Shown in pieces: positions 13,883-27,643 of a stretch of DNA of 64,000 nt (its first letter is position 1; every line of letters starts with the position of its first letter). The DNA is from Octopus sinensis (Eukaryota). A program made the translations under genes and the position numbers. The notes under the pieces are model-generated. The model saw only the letters and a program-made list of their open reading frames with translations. It did no database searches and was not told the origin of the DNA. Location: positions 24,675,360-24,739,359 of the forward strand of contig NC_043019.1 of assembly GCF_006345805.1 (NCBI RefSeq), given 5' to 3'.

Positions 13883-14264
13883 TGTCTGTCTGTCTGTTTG
13901 TTCCTTGGCTGTCTTTAGCGGGGTCCACTCTGTTGCAGGCATTCGCTTTTAGGATAACCTCCTCCCGCCGCTCACGTTTCGAACTCCCTGTAACAGATCT
14001 TGGGCCCTACTTTCTCCCCTAACAAAAATATTACATTTGTTTTCCGTACACACGCACATATATGCACATTGACACACACACACACACACACACACATACC
14101 ATATACCTATATCTATATGCATTCATATATGAGGGGGCGTGTAAATACATATATATACGAGTGTAGTTATGTGCTTATGTAGGTATATATACATACATAT
14201 CCCTATCTATACACATTTACATATGCATGATCTCATAATTGTATGTCGGTATGTATATGCGTAT

Positions 14265-14321
<57 letters not shown>

Positions 14322-15320
14322 CGTGTGTACGTGCGTGTGTCTGTGTATTAAGTGATGCCAGTGATGTTAAAGGCATTAAAAAATGCAAGATGAAGAATTC
14401 TTACGAATAGGATTGGTTTAATGAGAGAAAAAAGAGCAGCGAATGTCAGAAATGTGACAAGCCAGAATGTAGAGGTATCCTGCCTTCGTAGTCTGTACAA
14501 GTGAATCATTTTGGCATCTCATCCTAAGTGATAGTCGTTAGCAAATTTGTTTTCAAAACGTGATCGGATGTTATCATGTACGGTTTGATAGAGAAGATAC
14601 GAACGAGAGCGAGAAACAGCAAAATTGGGGTTAAAGACCAAATTTTAGTTCATTTATAAACGATTACAAGGATAAAACTCTATTAAAACACCGTAACCAC
14701 TTAAACATGAACTGATTGCATAAAAGTGTGCGACCAAAACCACAAAGATAGAAAGGACTTCTAACTGATTGAGAGCAAACGAGGGAACATTTCCGCCAGT
14801 TATTCGCTCTGCTAAATACAACCACAGAATCTTTCATCAAGCAAATCTATTCTACAGAGATTTTCTGTCAGAGGAAGCTAACACCGCCATGATATTGCAG
14901 CATTTCTTTAAGGGAATTTCATGATAATATTAGAGGGAAATTAAGAACATACCAGCGGCGTATTGACAAAAGCATTAGAGCTTCCGGTGAAATACAGCAT
15001 TTATCACGACTTTGCGTTTTGAGTTCAAATCCCGCCAGCTCAGCATTATTTTTCAGCCTTCCAAATTCTAGATAGTGCAATAGCGGGGCCGTTAGATCGC
15101 TGATTGTATACTTTTCCGATTTTGTTTCGGCTTTTTATATTCTGAGTTCAAAACCTTCTATGACCTAACTATCAGTCACTATGTTGAGGATTCTAACTCC
15201 ACCGAGTACACACCCGCAAGTGCCCATCTTCAACATGAGAGCGACCCATGATGTTCAACCTGCTGAGAACAAACAATACTTGTTGACGATGATAAGAAAG
15301 TATTAAACATCTTTAAAACG

Positions 15321-15493
15321 AAATTGCAGCGTGGAAGGTGTTTATAAGCCATTTTAAGAAACACACAAAACCGTTAGGTCGCGGTCTCAAAGCGACGAAA
15401 ATATTTTGACAAATTAAATTTAAATGTCGACATGAACCTTACGGTTTTGTGTGTTTCTTAAATGGCTTATGAACACCTTCCACGCTGCAATTT
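15321..15493. mobile_element. Penelope-type repeat fragment with about 57-bp inverted arms
   Basis: 15321-15378 is the near reverse complement of 15437-15493; the core matches 27125-27235. Confidence 0.65.
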
Positions 15494-15494
15494 T

Positions 15495-15582
<88 letters not shown>

Positions 15583-16147
15583 GGGTGTGTCTGTGTTTTT
15601 ATGACGGCCTAAAATGGTGAGTAGTATGTGGTGCTTTACGTAACTTGACCAGATGATGAATAGAAAAGTTAGCAAACTGAAGTACTGGGGCCATTATGAA
15701 GTACTAAAAATTCAATGACCCTCGGTAACAATAAGAGAATTAAAGAATATATTGTCAAAGTCAAACCTTCAGTAACAAACATCTTTCAATACATGCCGTC
15801 AAGTTAGGCGTTTCCCCACTGTACTAAAGCTTATTTCAATGCTTTCTAATCTCTTCTGAAGTGTCACATAAAGACCTTCTAATTTTCCTCGAGTCAACCA
15901 AGGAGACTCAATGTGAGTGATTCTTAAAGTTTTGTAGATTTGCGCTCCTTTCACGATTGGTGTTTTTCAAACTGCACCTTTCCGAAAATCACTACGTTTT
16001 TACAACGAATCGGCGAATGATTACAAACAATTAGAATCAACTTTTGCGCTGGTGTTTATTAACCATGTTCTTACCGTATCCCAACCAGTCGGGGTCACTT
16101 TTTAGATATTTGCGTGAACCAGTGTCCCTTGTGTTAGGTTTATATGA

Positions 16148-16521
16148 GTGGAGGCGCAATGGCCCAGTGGTTAGGGCAGCGGACTCGCGGTCATAGGATC
16201 GCGGTTTCGATTCCCAGACCGGGCGTTGTGAGTGTTTATTGAGCGAAAACACCTAAAGCTCCACGAGGCTCCGGCAGGAGATGGAGGTAATCCCTGCTGT
16301 ACTCATTCACCACAACTTTCTCTCACTCTTACTTCCTGTTTCTGTTGTACCTGTATTTCAAAGGGCCGGCCTTGTCACGCTGAATATCCCCGAGAACTAC
16401 GTTAAGGGTACACGTGTCTGTGGAGTGCTCAGCCACTTACACGTTAATTTCACGAGCAGGCTGTTCCGTTGATTCGGATCAACCGGAACCCTCGTCGTCA
16501 TAACCGACGGAGTGCTTCCAC
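16148..16521 (+). mobile_element. SINE family A, full length, with a 12-bp TSD
   Basis: aggtttatatga at 16136-47 and 16522-33. Confidence 0.9.
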
Positions 16522-17345
16522 AGGTTTATATGAAAATTATAAAAGGTGAGGACTTATAAGGTGTCATAACTTATAAAGACTCGTATGTTTATACATATCC
16601 AAACAAAATGTGAAAGAAACAAAATTCCAATTCAAAATTTAAATTATATTGTTTGGTTTATTACTGGGGTCAACGAATCAAACACACACACACACATATT
16701 TGGCTACCGTTGAGATAACTGAAGATATTCATCAAATCCTTATATTTCAAAAACAATATTTAATACTTGAAACATAACTAATGGGTGCCTTTCGGTTAAA
16801 GCAGTCACGGGTCTCCTCCCCGCCAACACGATGCCCAACGGATATTCTTATCTCGACGAAACTTTTCTTGAAATTATTATTAAAATATAAACATCGTAAC
16901 TGGTTTAAATATTGTATTTCACAGAGATAATCTCCTAGCGTCTTCAGAGCAACCCCTTATGAACTCACGACTCCTTCAAGAGCTACACCAGCTGCTGGAA
17001 ATAGCAGCAATAATCTATCTTAAATCACATTTTACAAGTATCATCTTAAAAAGGAAAATATGCATTAGGTAATGTCCCAGATACATTATATTTGAAGAAA
17101 ATAGACAGCATGGTCACGGCTAGCATGTCTTTGTTCGAATGTCTCCACAAGAGATGCTGGTGGGGGAAGAATCCAGTTCTCTTGATCATCCCCCTACCAC
17201 CGCTTTCTCCCCCTCCCCAGTCGCAAACCATGAGAAACCCAAACTAAATATCAACAATTTTAACTTCACCAAACTGTCCCGGTTGAATGTCTTCTTGAAA
17301 ATATCTGACGATGGATTAAAAGATTTAAAATGTCCACACTCTTAT

Positions 17346-17399
<54 letters not shown>

Positions 17400-18364
17400 G
17401 CACACACACACATACATACATATATACACGCGCACACATATGTACACATACATACACGCACAAATGTGTATATATATATATATATATATAATACACATGT
17501 GTGTGTGCGTGTGTGTGTGTGTGTGTATTTATGTATATAACATGATATATGATATGATATATGTGAGCATGCGTGTTATATTCTTCTGAAGTATCTACTG
17601 CACTGAAATCAGTGGAGGTGAAAGAGTTTGCTAACAAACACTGAAACTACATGAATGGAATGTAACCAAGTGACCTAGTAGACTGTACTAAATTACCAAT
17701 GACTCCTTAGATCTGTTGCACCGAGTTGCAATAGGTGTGCAATGCCAACTGGAATATGTCTGCAAATGTAAACAACAAAAGTTCCCCCACTAAAACAACA
17801 GCGGGTCTTTAAGTAAGACGATACAGTTAACAAGTTAGAATTACAATAAAGTTTTGGTTGATTATTGAAGTAACTCGCCCCCTAACCAACTTCTCTTGAA
17901 TTTTTTTCTTTTAAATAAAAGAAATAATTAGGCAAACAAGTCGAAAGCTTTATTCCTTTGATAACTAAACAGCTAATCAAAACCATGTCATTCAATTGAC
18001 TTTCAACTCGTTTCAGTTGTTTTCTTTTGTTCATAAGATTCGAGAGTTCCTGCTCCCCAGCCACCGTCCGCCCAGCCTTACACGAAACATTTTTACTTCT
18101 TCTTCTTTACAATTTGTTCCTACTGTTTACAGTTCACTTGCCAAACCTTACTTGAAATCGTGTAATAACAATCACAGACTTAGTTGTACACATACAGCGA
18201 CAAATGTACATATACACATTACAAACACTTTACTCATTTTATATACATGAATGTATACATGTATGTATATGTGCGTGTGTGTGTATGTATATATATATGT
18301 GTGCATGTATATATATATGTATATATGTATATATATTATATTTATATATATTTATATATTTATA

Positions 18365-18407
<43 letters not shown>

Positions 18408-18446
18408 TGTATATATATATATGTATGTATATATATATATGTATGT

Positions 18447-18518
<72 letters not shown>

Positions 18519-19550
18519 TATATATATATGGTGTTGTTTTTTCATGTTAAACATAGACACACACACAGAGTCTGTCGGGATTGCAGTTTGAAGGTAATGT
18601 GTTCTTAATAACCAGTATTCACCTCTGATTCCGAAAAGGTTAGTGTAATGAGGAGGTATGTTGCAGAACAACACACTCGTATCTCTTTCATGTTTCAAGA
18701 CCTTTTGACACGCTTGTTGACTGACGCTTATCACGTTAGTTGTTTCTGGAACAAGAGCGTCAAACCAAACATTACATTGGGGCAGACATTTGTTTTTTAA
18801 TGTCGGCCATAGAGACCGTCAAAGACGGCAAGAAAAATAACTACGATTAGCCAGAACAAAGACTTCAAATGCTATATCTTTGTTGCTATAGATATAGCTA
18901 CAGACCCGGTTAAGTCTTCAACTTTTAATTAATCTACCGATTGTTTATTTTATTTTATTTTTCTATTTTGTTTATCTGGAGAGTTTCGATTTTGTTAATC
19001 AGAAAGTAAATTAAATCGATTTGTAAAAATATTTCCTTTCTTATTCGAAACCCTGCAAAGCACAAATTGTGAGAGAGGGGGAAACTGGAAGTTGTAGCGT
19101 TAATTGTTGTACTTATGTCAATAGCAGTAGCAATTTAAAGGGTTTCCGCTTGAGAACCAAGAAAAGATGAAAGACCAATGCTTCCCTCTCTCCGACACTA
19201 ATGAATCTATACATTGCTAATTTATTTATCTAATGACAAGTTTATAACTGAATAGGTCAGCGGATAGGAGATGAACTGATTTCAAACAGTATCGAACCGG
19301 TGATCGACTACAAACCGAGTGGACAAGCGTAAAATAATGGTTTATTGGTTCGATTACAACCAGAATACATTAACAAACATAGTGCAAATGAAATACATGC
19401 CACATTTTCCAATTTGATTTGGCCAAGTATTTTAACATTGGACGGCTGAGATCAGTCTTGTTCTGGTGAGGAACAAAGTTTGAGATGTCCATCTCTGTAA
19501 GTTGCAGCGCTATATGGGTTATACTTAAGTAGGCAATGTCGAAAGTACAC

Positions 19551-19989
19551 GGACCTTTTCGGTTTGTACGGCAGTTTTTTCTAGCGGTGCCATATGAAAT
19601 TATCACCCATAATTATGACCCTAGAATCGATCTATTGCATTTCAATCTCTTTTAGGATTAGGGTTAGTTAGGGTTAGGTTAGGGTTAGGGGTGGGAGAAG
19701 GGTATATTTTTTCTTCACAAATGTAAATAAACCCAATCTGTTTCTTAAACGAGGGACATATTCATAAGGTACAGAATGCTTTTTACCTCAATAGACGTAT
19801 TTGATTGGTTGAAATTGCAGAAATTGAAGAAAAAAAAACAACAAATATCTTACAAACTATAGAATTTTCTCAATAAAGCCAAGAGAAAAAGATGTTTTAT
19901 AAACACATTCTACTAGTATACGAAGTTTAAAAATTCTTTTAGTTACCTAGAAATTATGTTAAAAACTGCCGTTCAAACCGAAAAGATCC
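19551..19989. mobile_element. MITE with GG-start TIRs and internal TTAGGG-like repeats
   Basis: TIRs ggaccttttcggtttgtacggcagttttt and aaaaactgccgttcaaaccgaaaagatcc; related to 54007-54629. Confidence 0.8.
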
Positions 19990-20931
19990 TACACTACTCC
20001 ATTGAATCACTAGGCGAAAAGACATATAAGTTGTACCTACCAACTGACACCTATATGTGACTAGACGGACTGGACAGTGAGATTATTGTGCTTTCAACGG
20101 TATCACAATGACAATATATGAACCATGATCCTTTCAGTCGGTAGTATAACTTTCTATCAACTTCGACACAAATTACGACTCACCCGATTGTATTGAAGAC
20201 GAGATGTTTCATCTGCGTTAAGTAACCGTTCTATGGTAAACAGAATGACCAGGTCAGAAGATTGACACTTCCCGTGGTGCCAGTAATTGTCTTTCTATTC
20301 TGATATATTAAAACTATTTGTTTTTTTACGAAGTACGTTGTTTCTAGGAATATTGTATACGGTCATCAAAAGGTCCGGCCTTCAACTGCATGACAGCGCT
20401 AGTACTAATATAGAAATGTATAGTTAGTGATATTTAATCTTGTACCGTGTTTTATTAAGACCAAAATGATGAAAGACGCAGAAGGCATCTGGCACATCTT
20501 AAGATAAGGGGAGGTAAGCAAATATTGCAAGGCATTTTCTCTGTTTTTCTGCTGATTCTGTAACTGAAGGGCGTTTCGTGAGGATAATTATTTTAAATAT
20601 AGGCACAGGATTATAAATATTTGAAAATTAATGAAGTCGATTGACAGAAACTCAATAGCCGACTAATATTTATTTCATCAAGTAATAATAATGATAATAA
20701 TATCAACAATAATAATGATTCTTTCTACTATAGGCACACTTCTTGAGAAGTACGTGGAACAAAAAAGGGGCTGTAATGAGGTTGGAGCACTTACAGAAAA
20801 CAGCACTGCTTGGAACCACTCGAATACTCTGGAAGGTGCTCGAAAAATAAGAGCTGTTATCTTAGTTCACTGGTAGTGAACAGCTGACACAGTAGTACAT
20901 GTCCAACGTTAGAAGCTGTGCAAAGGCAATA

Positions 20932-20977
<46 letters not shown>

Positions 20978-21409
20978 TAATAATAATAATAATAATATAA
21001 TGATAATAAATCCATTATTTATAATAAATACCATAAATAATACTTTAAGTAATTAAATATTTTGATTGATTGTTAACTGAGAACAGACGACTTGTAGAAA
21101 ATGATAACAATTTATATAACGTTATGAGTGGTATGCGGGGCAATAACTACGTATCACCCAATGTCATAAACGAACCCCACAAAAACCAAAATCCAATCAA
21201 GTTTCCCTGTGACGCTTTTTCTTTCTTTAACCGTTTCTTTGGATTCGTGAGTTGCGTCTGGTCATCCGACTGACCACCGTGGTCATCTGGGGCTACATAC
21301 CACAACAACAACAGCAGCTGCAACAACATCAATCACCAAGAAACAATGTATGTACGTATTTGTGTTGGTGCGTCAGTAGGATTATGGGAATGTTTGTGTG
21401 TATGAGTCT

Positions 21410-21587
21410 GGCATGGCCGTGTGGCTTCCCAAAGCACATGGTTCTGGGTTCAGTCCCGATGCGTGGCACCTTGGACGAGTGTCTTCTACTGTAACCTCAG
21501 GCCGGCCAGTGCTTTGTGAGTATATTTGGTTGACGGAAACTGAAAGAAGCCTGTCATGAATGTATTATGTCGGTGTGTGTGTGTGTG

Positions 21588-21635
<48 letters not shown>

Positions 21636-21846
21636 TATTTATGTTTGTCATTCACCACAGCTTGACAACCGGTGTTGGTCTGTTTACGTCCTCGTAACTT
21701 TTGGGTTCGGCAAAAGAGACCGATAGAGTAAGTACCAGTCTAAGAAATACGTACTGGCATCGATTCATTCAACTAAAAATTCTTCAAAGTGGTGCCCCAG
21801 CATGGCCACAGTCCACAGTCTGATGACAAGTAAAGAATAAAAGAAT
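21410..21846 (+). mobile_element. tRNA-derived SINE, family C (CORE-like), diverged
   Basis: Head gtggcttcccaaagcacatggttctgggttcagtccc...caccttggacgagtgtcttctact; similar to 38871-39272. Confidence 0.75.
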
Positions 21847-23846
21847 ATTTGGTTAAGTGCGCGCGTGCTTCAGAATATGTGCGCTTGAAAGTGTGCGTAT
21901 ATCATTGAGATTATGTTAGCGTGTGTATCATTCTGTGTGTGTGTATTCACGCTGATGTGAGTGTGTGTATATGCCTGTCTTACAGAGTTTATTCGAGGAT
22001 GGGGGGGTTGTTTCATTTTGATTATGCGTGTGTATGTGTATTTGTGTTAGAGTATGTTTATGTGTAGATGAGTCAGTGTGTGAGTGTGCAACATGGTGAG
22101 TGATACTGAAAGGAGAGATGAAGAGCTCAACATGTCTGTTTATAAAACGGTTTCCCATTAAACTAGTTGTGTCATCGGCCAAGTTGAGCACGAAATAATG
22201 TCAAACCGACCACACTGCGGTAAATATACGCATACCACCTTATAAACACTCACCACTGACTTATAGGCTATACACATTTCATTTACATAAAGCATATACC
22301 TATGAAATGTGACAAATTACACGGGCTGAGCGCATTTGTATGCACATATATATATATATAATATATATATATATATATTATATATATATATATATTATTA
22401 TATATATATATATATATATGGTGTGTGTGTGTATGTGTGTGTGTATGTGTATGTATGTATATATATAATACATATATATATATATATATATTATATATAA
22501 TATATATATATATATATGAAGTGTGTGTGTGTGTGGAGAGAGAGAGAGAGATAGAGAGAGAAAGAGAAAATCCCCAAATTAAGTACGTGAGGAAAACAAA
22601 TATTTTTCCAATGAACTGAACTCTCTTTCCCTGCTTTTTCATACATATCTATATGTCTATATCTATGAATCTATCTATCTATTTATAAATATATGTGTAC
22701 GCGCGCGTGTGTCTGTGTGTGTGTGTGTCTGCGGTGTGTGTGTGTTGTGTGTGTGTGTGTGTGTGTACATGCATACAACCATACGTACAATCAACTCGCC
22801 GGCGCATGTGTGTATATTGCGTACAACAATTTGCTTCTATACTCTACCACTGCAGATGGTAGTTGAATAAATATTATGACGACTATACAGGCAGAATACT
22901 GTCACACCTTTCATCTTGAATCTGTTCTTTGATATCAGAACATTCCATGATCAAGAATTTCGACTCACAACATTTTTGTTTATTTTTTTCTCTTTTCTTT
23001 ATCCTGTACTTTGTATCAACTTATGAATATACTTACAACTTACAACACCAACCACCCTTTTGTTTATTTGTCGTTCTTTGATCAATGCGCTTTTGTTGCT
23101 TCTGGGTATATTTAGGCCAGTTTAGCCTCAACCTTTCTACCCTCACCCCTATTTTCTTTGGGATTTTGTTTTTGTCATTTTTGTGGGGTTTTTTTTTATA
23201 GATTTGATGAAACCACACAATCGTTGAATATGGTAATTTACGTAGTATAAACTAAAATTTTATTTCGGTCAACGCCCATTCCAGAGGTTTGGGATCTTCA
23301 GGGGATGAACAGGTTCTTCTTGACAGTGCTCTCTCTCTCTCTCTCTCGATATATATATATATATATATGTATATAGGTATGTATGTGTATATGTGTGTTC
23401 ACAGAGCATACAAATGTGTTCAGAGAACATGCAGGCGTACACATGTTGCATGTATGTTTATGTATGTACGTATATATCTGTTTATAAATATGTAATATAT
23501 CATGTACATGCGTATTCAATATAACATGCCTGTGTGTGTGTGTGTGTGTGTACGTGTGCACACCTACGTATTTCTATAATCAATTTATGGGTGATGTAAC
23601 TGGAGACGACTTGGTAGACTGTAACAGTAGTGGGTGTCTGGGGCTTGATTCCCCGAAAACACATCCACACCCACCCACATATTGATTAACCTTGGTATTT
23701 ATCGAAAATGAATTTGCATATTGATGTTCACATAATTAGATAACGAGAAAGAACATATGAATCACATTCTAGCATACGCACACATACTTACACACATGCA
23801 CTCAAACACATGTGTAAATATATATATATATATATATATATCAATA

Positions 23847-24153
23847 TCATGTCATCATGTGACCGACCAGACCATCAGATGTTGCTACACATCGCTGGTC
23901 ACAATGCGTTCGCATTGTTTTTTTTAGCCTTCGAATGACGCCACCCCGCTGGCTAAGCGAGCAGGCCAACAGAAGAAAGAGTGAGAGAAAGAGTGGTGAA
24001 AGAGTACAGTAGGGATCACCATCCCCTGCCGGAGCCTCGTGGAGCTTTAAGGTGTTTTCGCTCAATAAACACACACAACGCCCGGTCTGGGAATCGAAAC
24101 TGCGATCCTACGACCGCGAGTTCGCTATCCTAACCACTAGGCCATTGCGCCTC

Positions 24154-24156
<3 letters not shown>
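23847..24156 (-). mobile_element. SINE with a family-A head and a different 3' tail
   Basis: Matches family A from the head to ctctcactct, then diverges completely. Confidence 0.75.
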
Positions 24157-24188
<32 letters not shown>

Positions 24189-24390
24189 GTATGCATGTAT
24201 GTATGTAAGAATGTATGTATGTATGTATGCATGTATGTATGTATGTATGTATGTATGTATGTATGTATGTATGCATGCATGTATGTATGTATGTATGTAT
24301 GTATGTATGTATGTATGTATGTATTGAACTCTACACAGTTTTTCTCTCTCCGTTTTTTCCCTCTTATTCTTTTCTGTCGATAATATGTGC

Positions 24391-24433
<43 letters not shown>

Positions 24434-24922
24434 TCCTCTACCACATCTTGACAACAGGTGTTGGTAGTGTTTACGTCCCCGTAACCTAGCGGTTCGGCAA
24501 TAGAGCCCGATAGAATAAGCACCAGGCTTTAAAAAGGTAAGTACTGGGATAGATTCGTTCAACTAAGGATTCTCGAAGGCGGTGCCCCAGCATGGCCACA
24601 GTCTAATGAGTGAAAGATAAAAGATCAATTTATTACTACAGCCCATTTCCGAAAGTCACTTTCAAAAACGGTTTTTAACGTTGATTTCGCTTTCTCGGAT
24701 ATTCTTCTAAAAGTTTCTTGCAGAGTAAATTGCATGGATTTGTGTTATCGACATTTTGGCATTTGCAGTACGGCACCGATTCTTGTAATACGTTGTATAC
24801 AGATGGCACGCGATTGTCTTTACATCGACAAGGGTTTTATCCGATCATAGATTCTAGATTTCTACAAGAATCCACTCTGCTAGAAATACAATGTATCAAG
24901 CGGTGTGTGTATGCGTGCGTGC

Positions 24923-24964
<42 letters not shown>

Positions 24965-25602
24965 GACTATGTACACTAAAGAGGCAGGAAATAGTATATG
25001 TAGGGCGTACTTATTTTGCCAGATATTCGATATGTTTTTATAACTCTATATAGTATACACGAGTCCAGCTAGGCACAGGTATTTGTCTTTGAAGTGTGTT
25101 GTGCTGCGACAAAGTGTGTTCGGCGACAAAGGTGCGATAAATGATTTATATAATACCAACAGGATTTGAACTCATTTAGATTAAAATTTGATTCTTTCAT
25201 CGGCCATTCTCTCGTTTCCGCCTATCTACTGCCTGTAATCATTCCTATAGAACGATTTAAGAGTAGTCTGATGTTAGTAATATTATAATTGTTTTCGATT
25301 TAAACAGACCGGACGAACGAAAAGCAAGGTTGATCCCAGAATGTAAAGAGACCAAAGAATCAGCCCAAGGCATTTCGTCGGATGCTCTAACGATTTTACC
25401 AGCTCGCTGTCCGCCTTCTGAATATTTTAAGGAGACAAAGTCACGAACATGTTAGTCTAATTGATTGAAGCAGTTTTTAATATGTTAATGATTCCGAGAA
25501 AGAAAGAAAAGATAAGCCAACTGATACTGCCTGTAGCTACTGAATTAATAAAAGTTAATATGATAGGCACAAGGCCAGCAATTTTGAGGAGAAGATTACT
25601 CT

Positions 25603-25702
25603 NNNNNNNNNNNNNNNNNNNNNNNNNNNNNNNNNNNNNNNNNNNNNNNNNNNNNNNNNNNNNNNNNNNNNNNNNNNNNNNNNNNNNNNNNNNNNNNNNN
25701 NN
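25603..25702. other. Assembly gap (100 N, true size unknown)
   Basis: Run of 100 n. Confidence 0.99.
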
Positions 25703-26073
25703 AGAGATTAAACACCAGAACAAAGTGATTCAACGTTCCTCTTTGTCTCTGCCATAAAAAATCAAAAAAATCAGGTGTGGCATCATCGGGCTTTGTTTCC
25801 GAAACAGACATTTTTTCTTTTTTGTTCTTTCCTCCACTCTTTTCCGTCTGATGTATATAACTAACACACACAGACACAGACACACACACACACACACACA
25901 CACAACACACAGACAGACAGACAGACACACACACAGAGACACAGACACAGACACACACACACACACAGAACACACACACAGACACACACACAAACACACA
26001 CACAGACACACACACACACACACACACATACACGCACACACCACATACACAACACTCACACACACACACACAG

Positions 26074-26105
<32 letters not shown>

Positions 26106-26699
26106 CCACACTCACACAGCCACCACACCCAGACACACACACACACACACACACCCACACACACACGCACACACAGAGACACACACACACACGCTCGGAC
26201 GCATGTATAATATTACGCACGGCTTCCTTTGAAAGTAAGTGCTGTTGTCTTTTGAAGTTAATTACACACGCGAACGCTCACATATACATTCATAGATGTC
26301 CCCATACACATAAACATGCATACACACATACAGCCCCTCATACACACGCACACACACAAACAAATATAGATGTGTGTGTGTGTATGTGTGTGTGTAGGCA
26401 GACATAAGTTGTATGAATGAGTCGTCTTTGAAAGAATATCCATTAAAACAACAACAAAAATTTTTTTAAAAACCTGCACAAATACAAACATACATACACC
26501 CAACCATTAGAAACGTATATACGCACAACAAACAGTAACAACAAACCGAAATAAATCAATTGATATACCTGTGCACACCTGTTTGTCCACAGGTGATACA
26601 GACTTTCAAATCGTTTGATCCTGCTAACATGCAATCGAAACAGCATGAAAGCTTCTATTGAATGGGATATTTTCACAACTCATTAAATAAATTTACAAA

Positions 26700-27085
26700 T
26701 AATTAAGATTGTTAGTCGAGATTAGGGGGCTATGTATAATGTCTGAATTAGTATTTGTAGTTTTAGAGGCTAGGGATAAAATTAGGGTTGAATTTCGGTT
26801 AGATTTTGTTTGGAGGTCGGGGTAAGTATTAGTATTATGCATTGGGTTAGTGTTTGGTTTAGACTTAATGATAGAGTTTGATTTGGTTTGGTTCAAGGAT
26901 TGGTATTAAGTTTAGTACGAAGGGTTTAACAGCTAGCGTTATGGCTTTGGGTTAAAAATAGAAGTAGCTTTATTGTTAGGGATGGTGTAAGGGTTCGGTT
27001 AAGAGGTAAGCTGGTGGGTTTAATTTAGGGGTATGTTAAAGGATTTGATTGAGGGATGTATTGAGAGTTACGCTTAGCTTTTGAA
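26700..27085 (+). repeat. Degenerate G/T-rich, TTAGGG-like tract
   Basis: Strand-biased and C-poor, with many imperfect hexamers (ttaggg, ttgggt, taaggg, ttcggt). Confidence 0.5.
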
Positions 27086-27089
27086 TATA

Positions 27090-27295
27090 GAAAACAAAAA
27101 CTGCACGAAGTTTTGTCAGTGAACAGGTCGTGGACTCAAAGCGACGAAAATATTTTGACAAATTAAATTTAAATGTTGAATTGAATCTAACGGTTTTGTG
27201 TGTTTCTTATAAACACCTTCCACGCTGCAATTGTTTTCGTTCCAGCACACGATCTCAGATCAAGTCACTCGCTATGTCTGTATCACATCTCCGTA
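27090..27295 (+). mobile_element. Penelope-type terminal-repeat fragment next to (TA)n
   Basis: Shares sequence with 15376-15493 and contains a minimal hammerhead fold. Confidence 0.6.
27112..27162 (+). ncRNA. Candidate minimal type I hammerhead ribozyme, G3-C8 variant
   Basis: Stem I tttgtca/tgacaaa, core GUGAACA, one extra G, stem II gtcgt/gcgac, GAAA, palindromic stem III AAUAUU, predicted cleavage after 27155. Confidence 0.65.
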
Positions 27296-27303
27296 ATATA
27301 TAT

Positions 27304-27334
<31 letters not shown>

Positions 27335-27607
27335 TCAGCAAAATTTAGATTCAGGTGAATATGGTACTTAAGTTAAAGGCACCAGAATTTTGTATGGTAT
27401 TATCCATATAAATAAAATTGGGTGATTATAATCAAAATATGATTTAAAACTGATGTAATACTTACAGTGTTTAATAAAATGAAGTAGCATGAAACAATTG
27501 TACTACACTACCTTGGATATCCTTCTTGCTTATTTTGAGTATATATATATGCATATACATATATACATAAATACACACACACGTTTGTGCATACACTTTA
27601 TATTACG

Positions 27608-27643
<36 letters not shown>

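Noticed and set aside
21070-21347. Non-repetitive island with an ORF (MSGMRGNN...FFGF), a strong GTGAGT donor at 21247 and a poly-Gln frame ending at GTATGT; considered as Wnt10 exon 1
   Set aside because: No single frame has both an ATG and a signal-peptide-like stretch, there is no Wnt similarity, and both donors are phase 0. It needs RNA evidence.
24722-24848. Frame reading MDLCYRHF...IQMARDC, faintly like Wnt10 exon 2
   Set aside because: It lacks RWNC, ends in a stop and has no fitting splice sites; probably chance.
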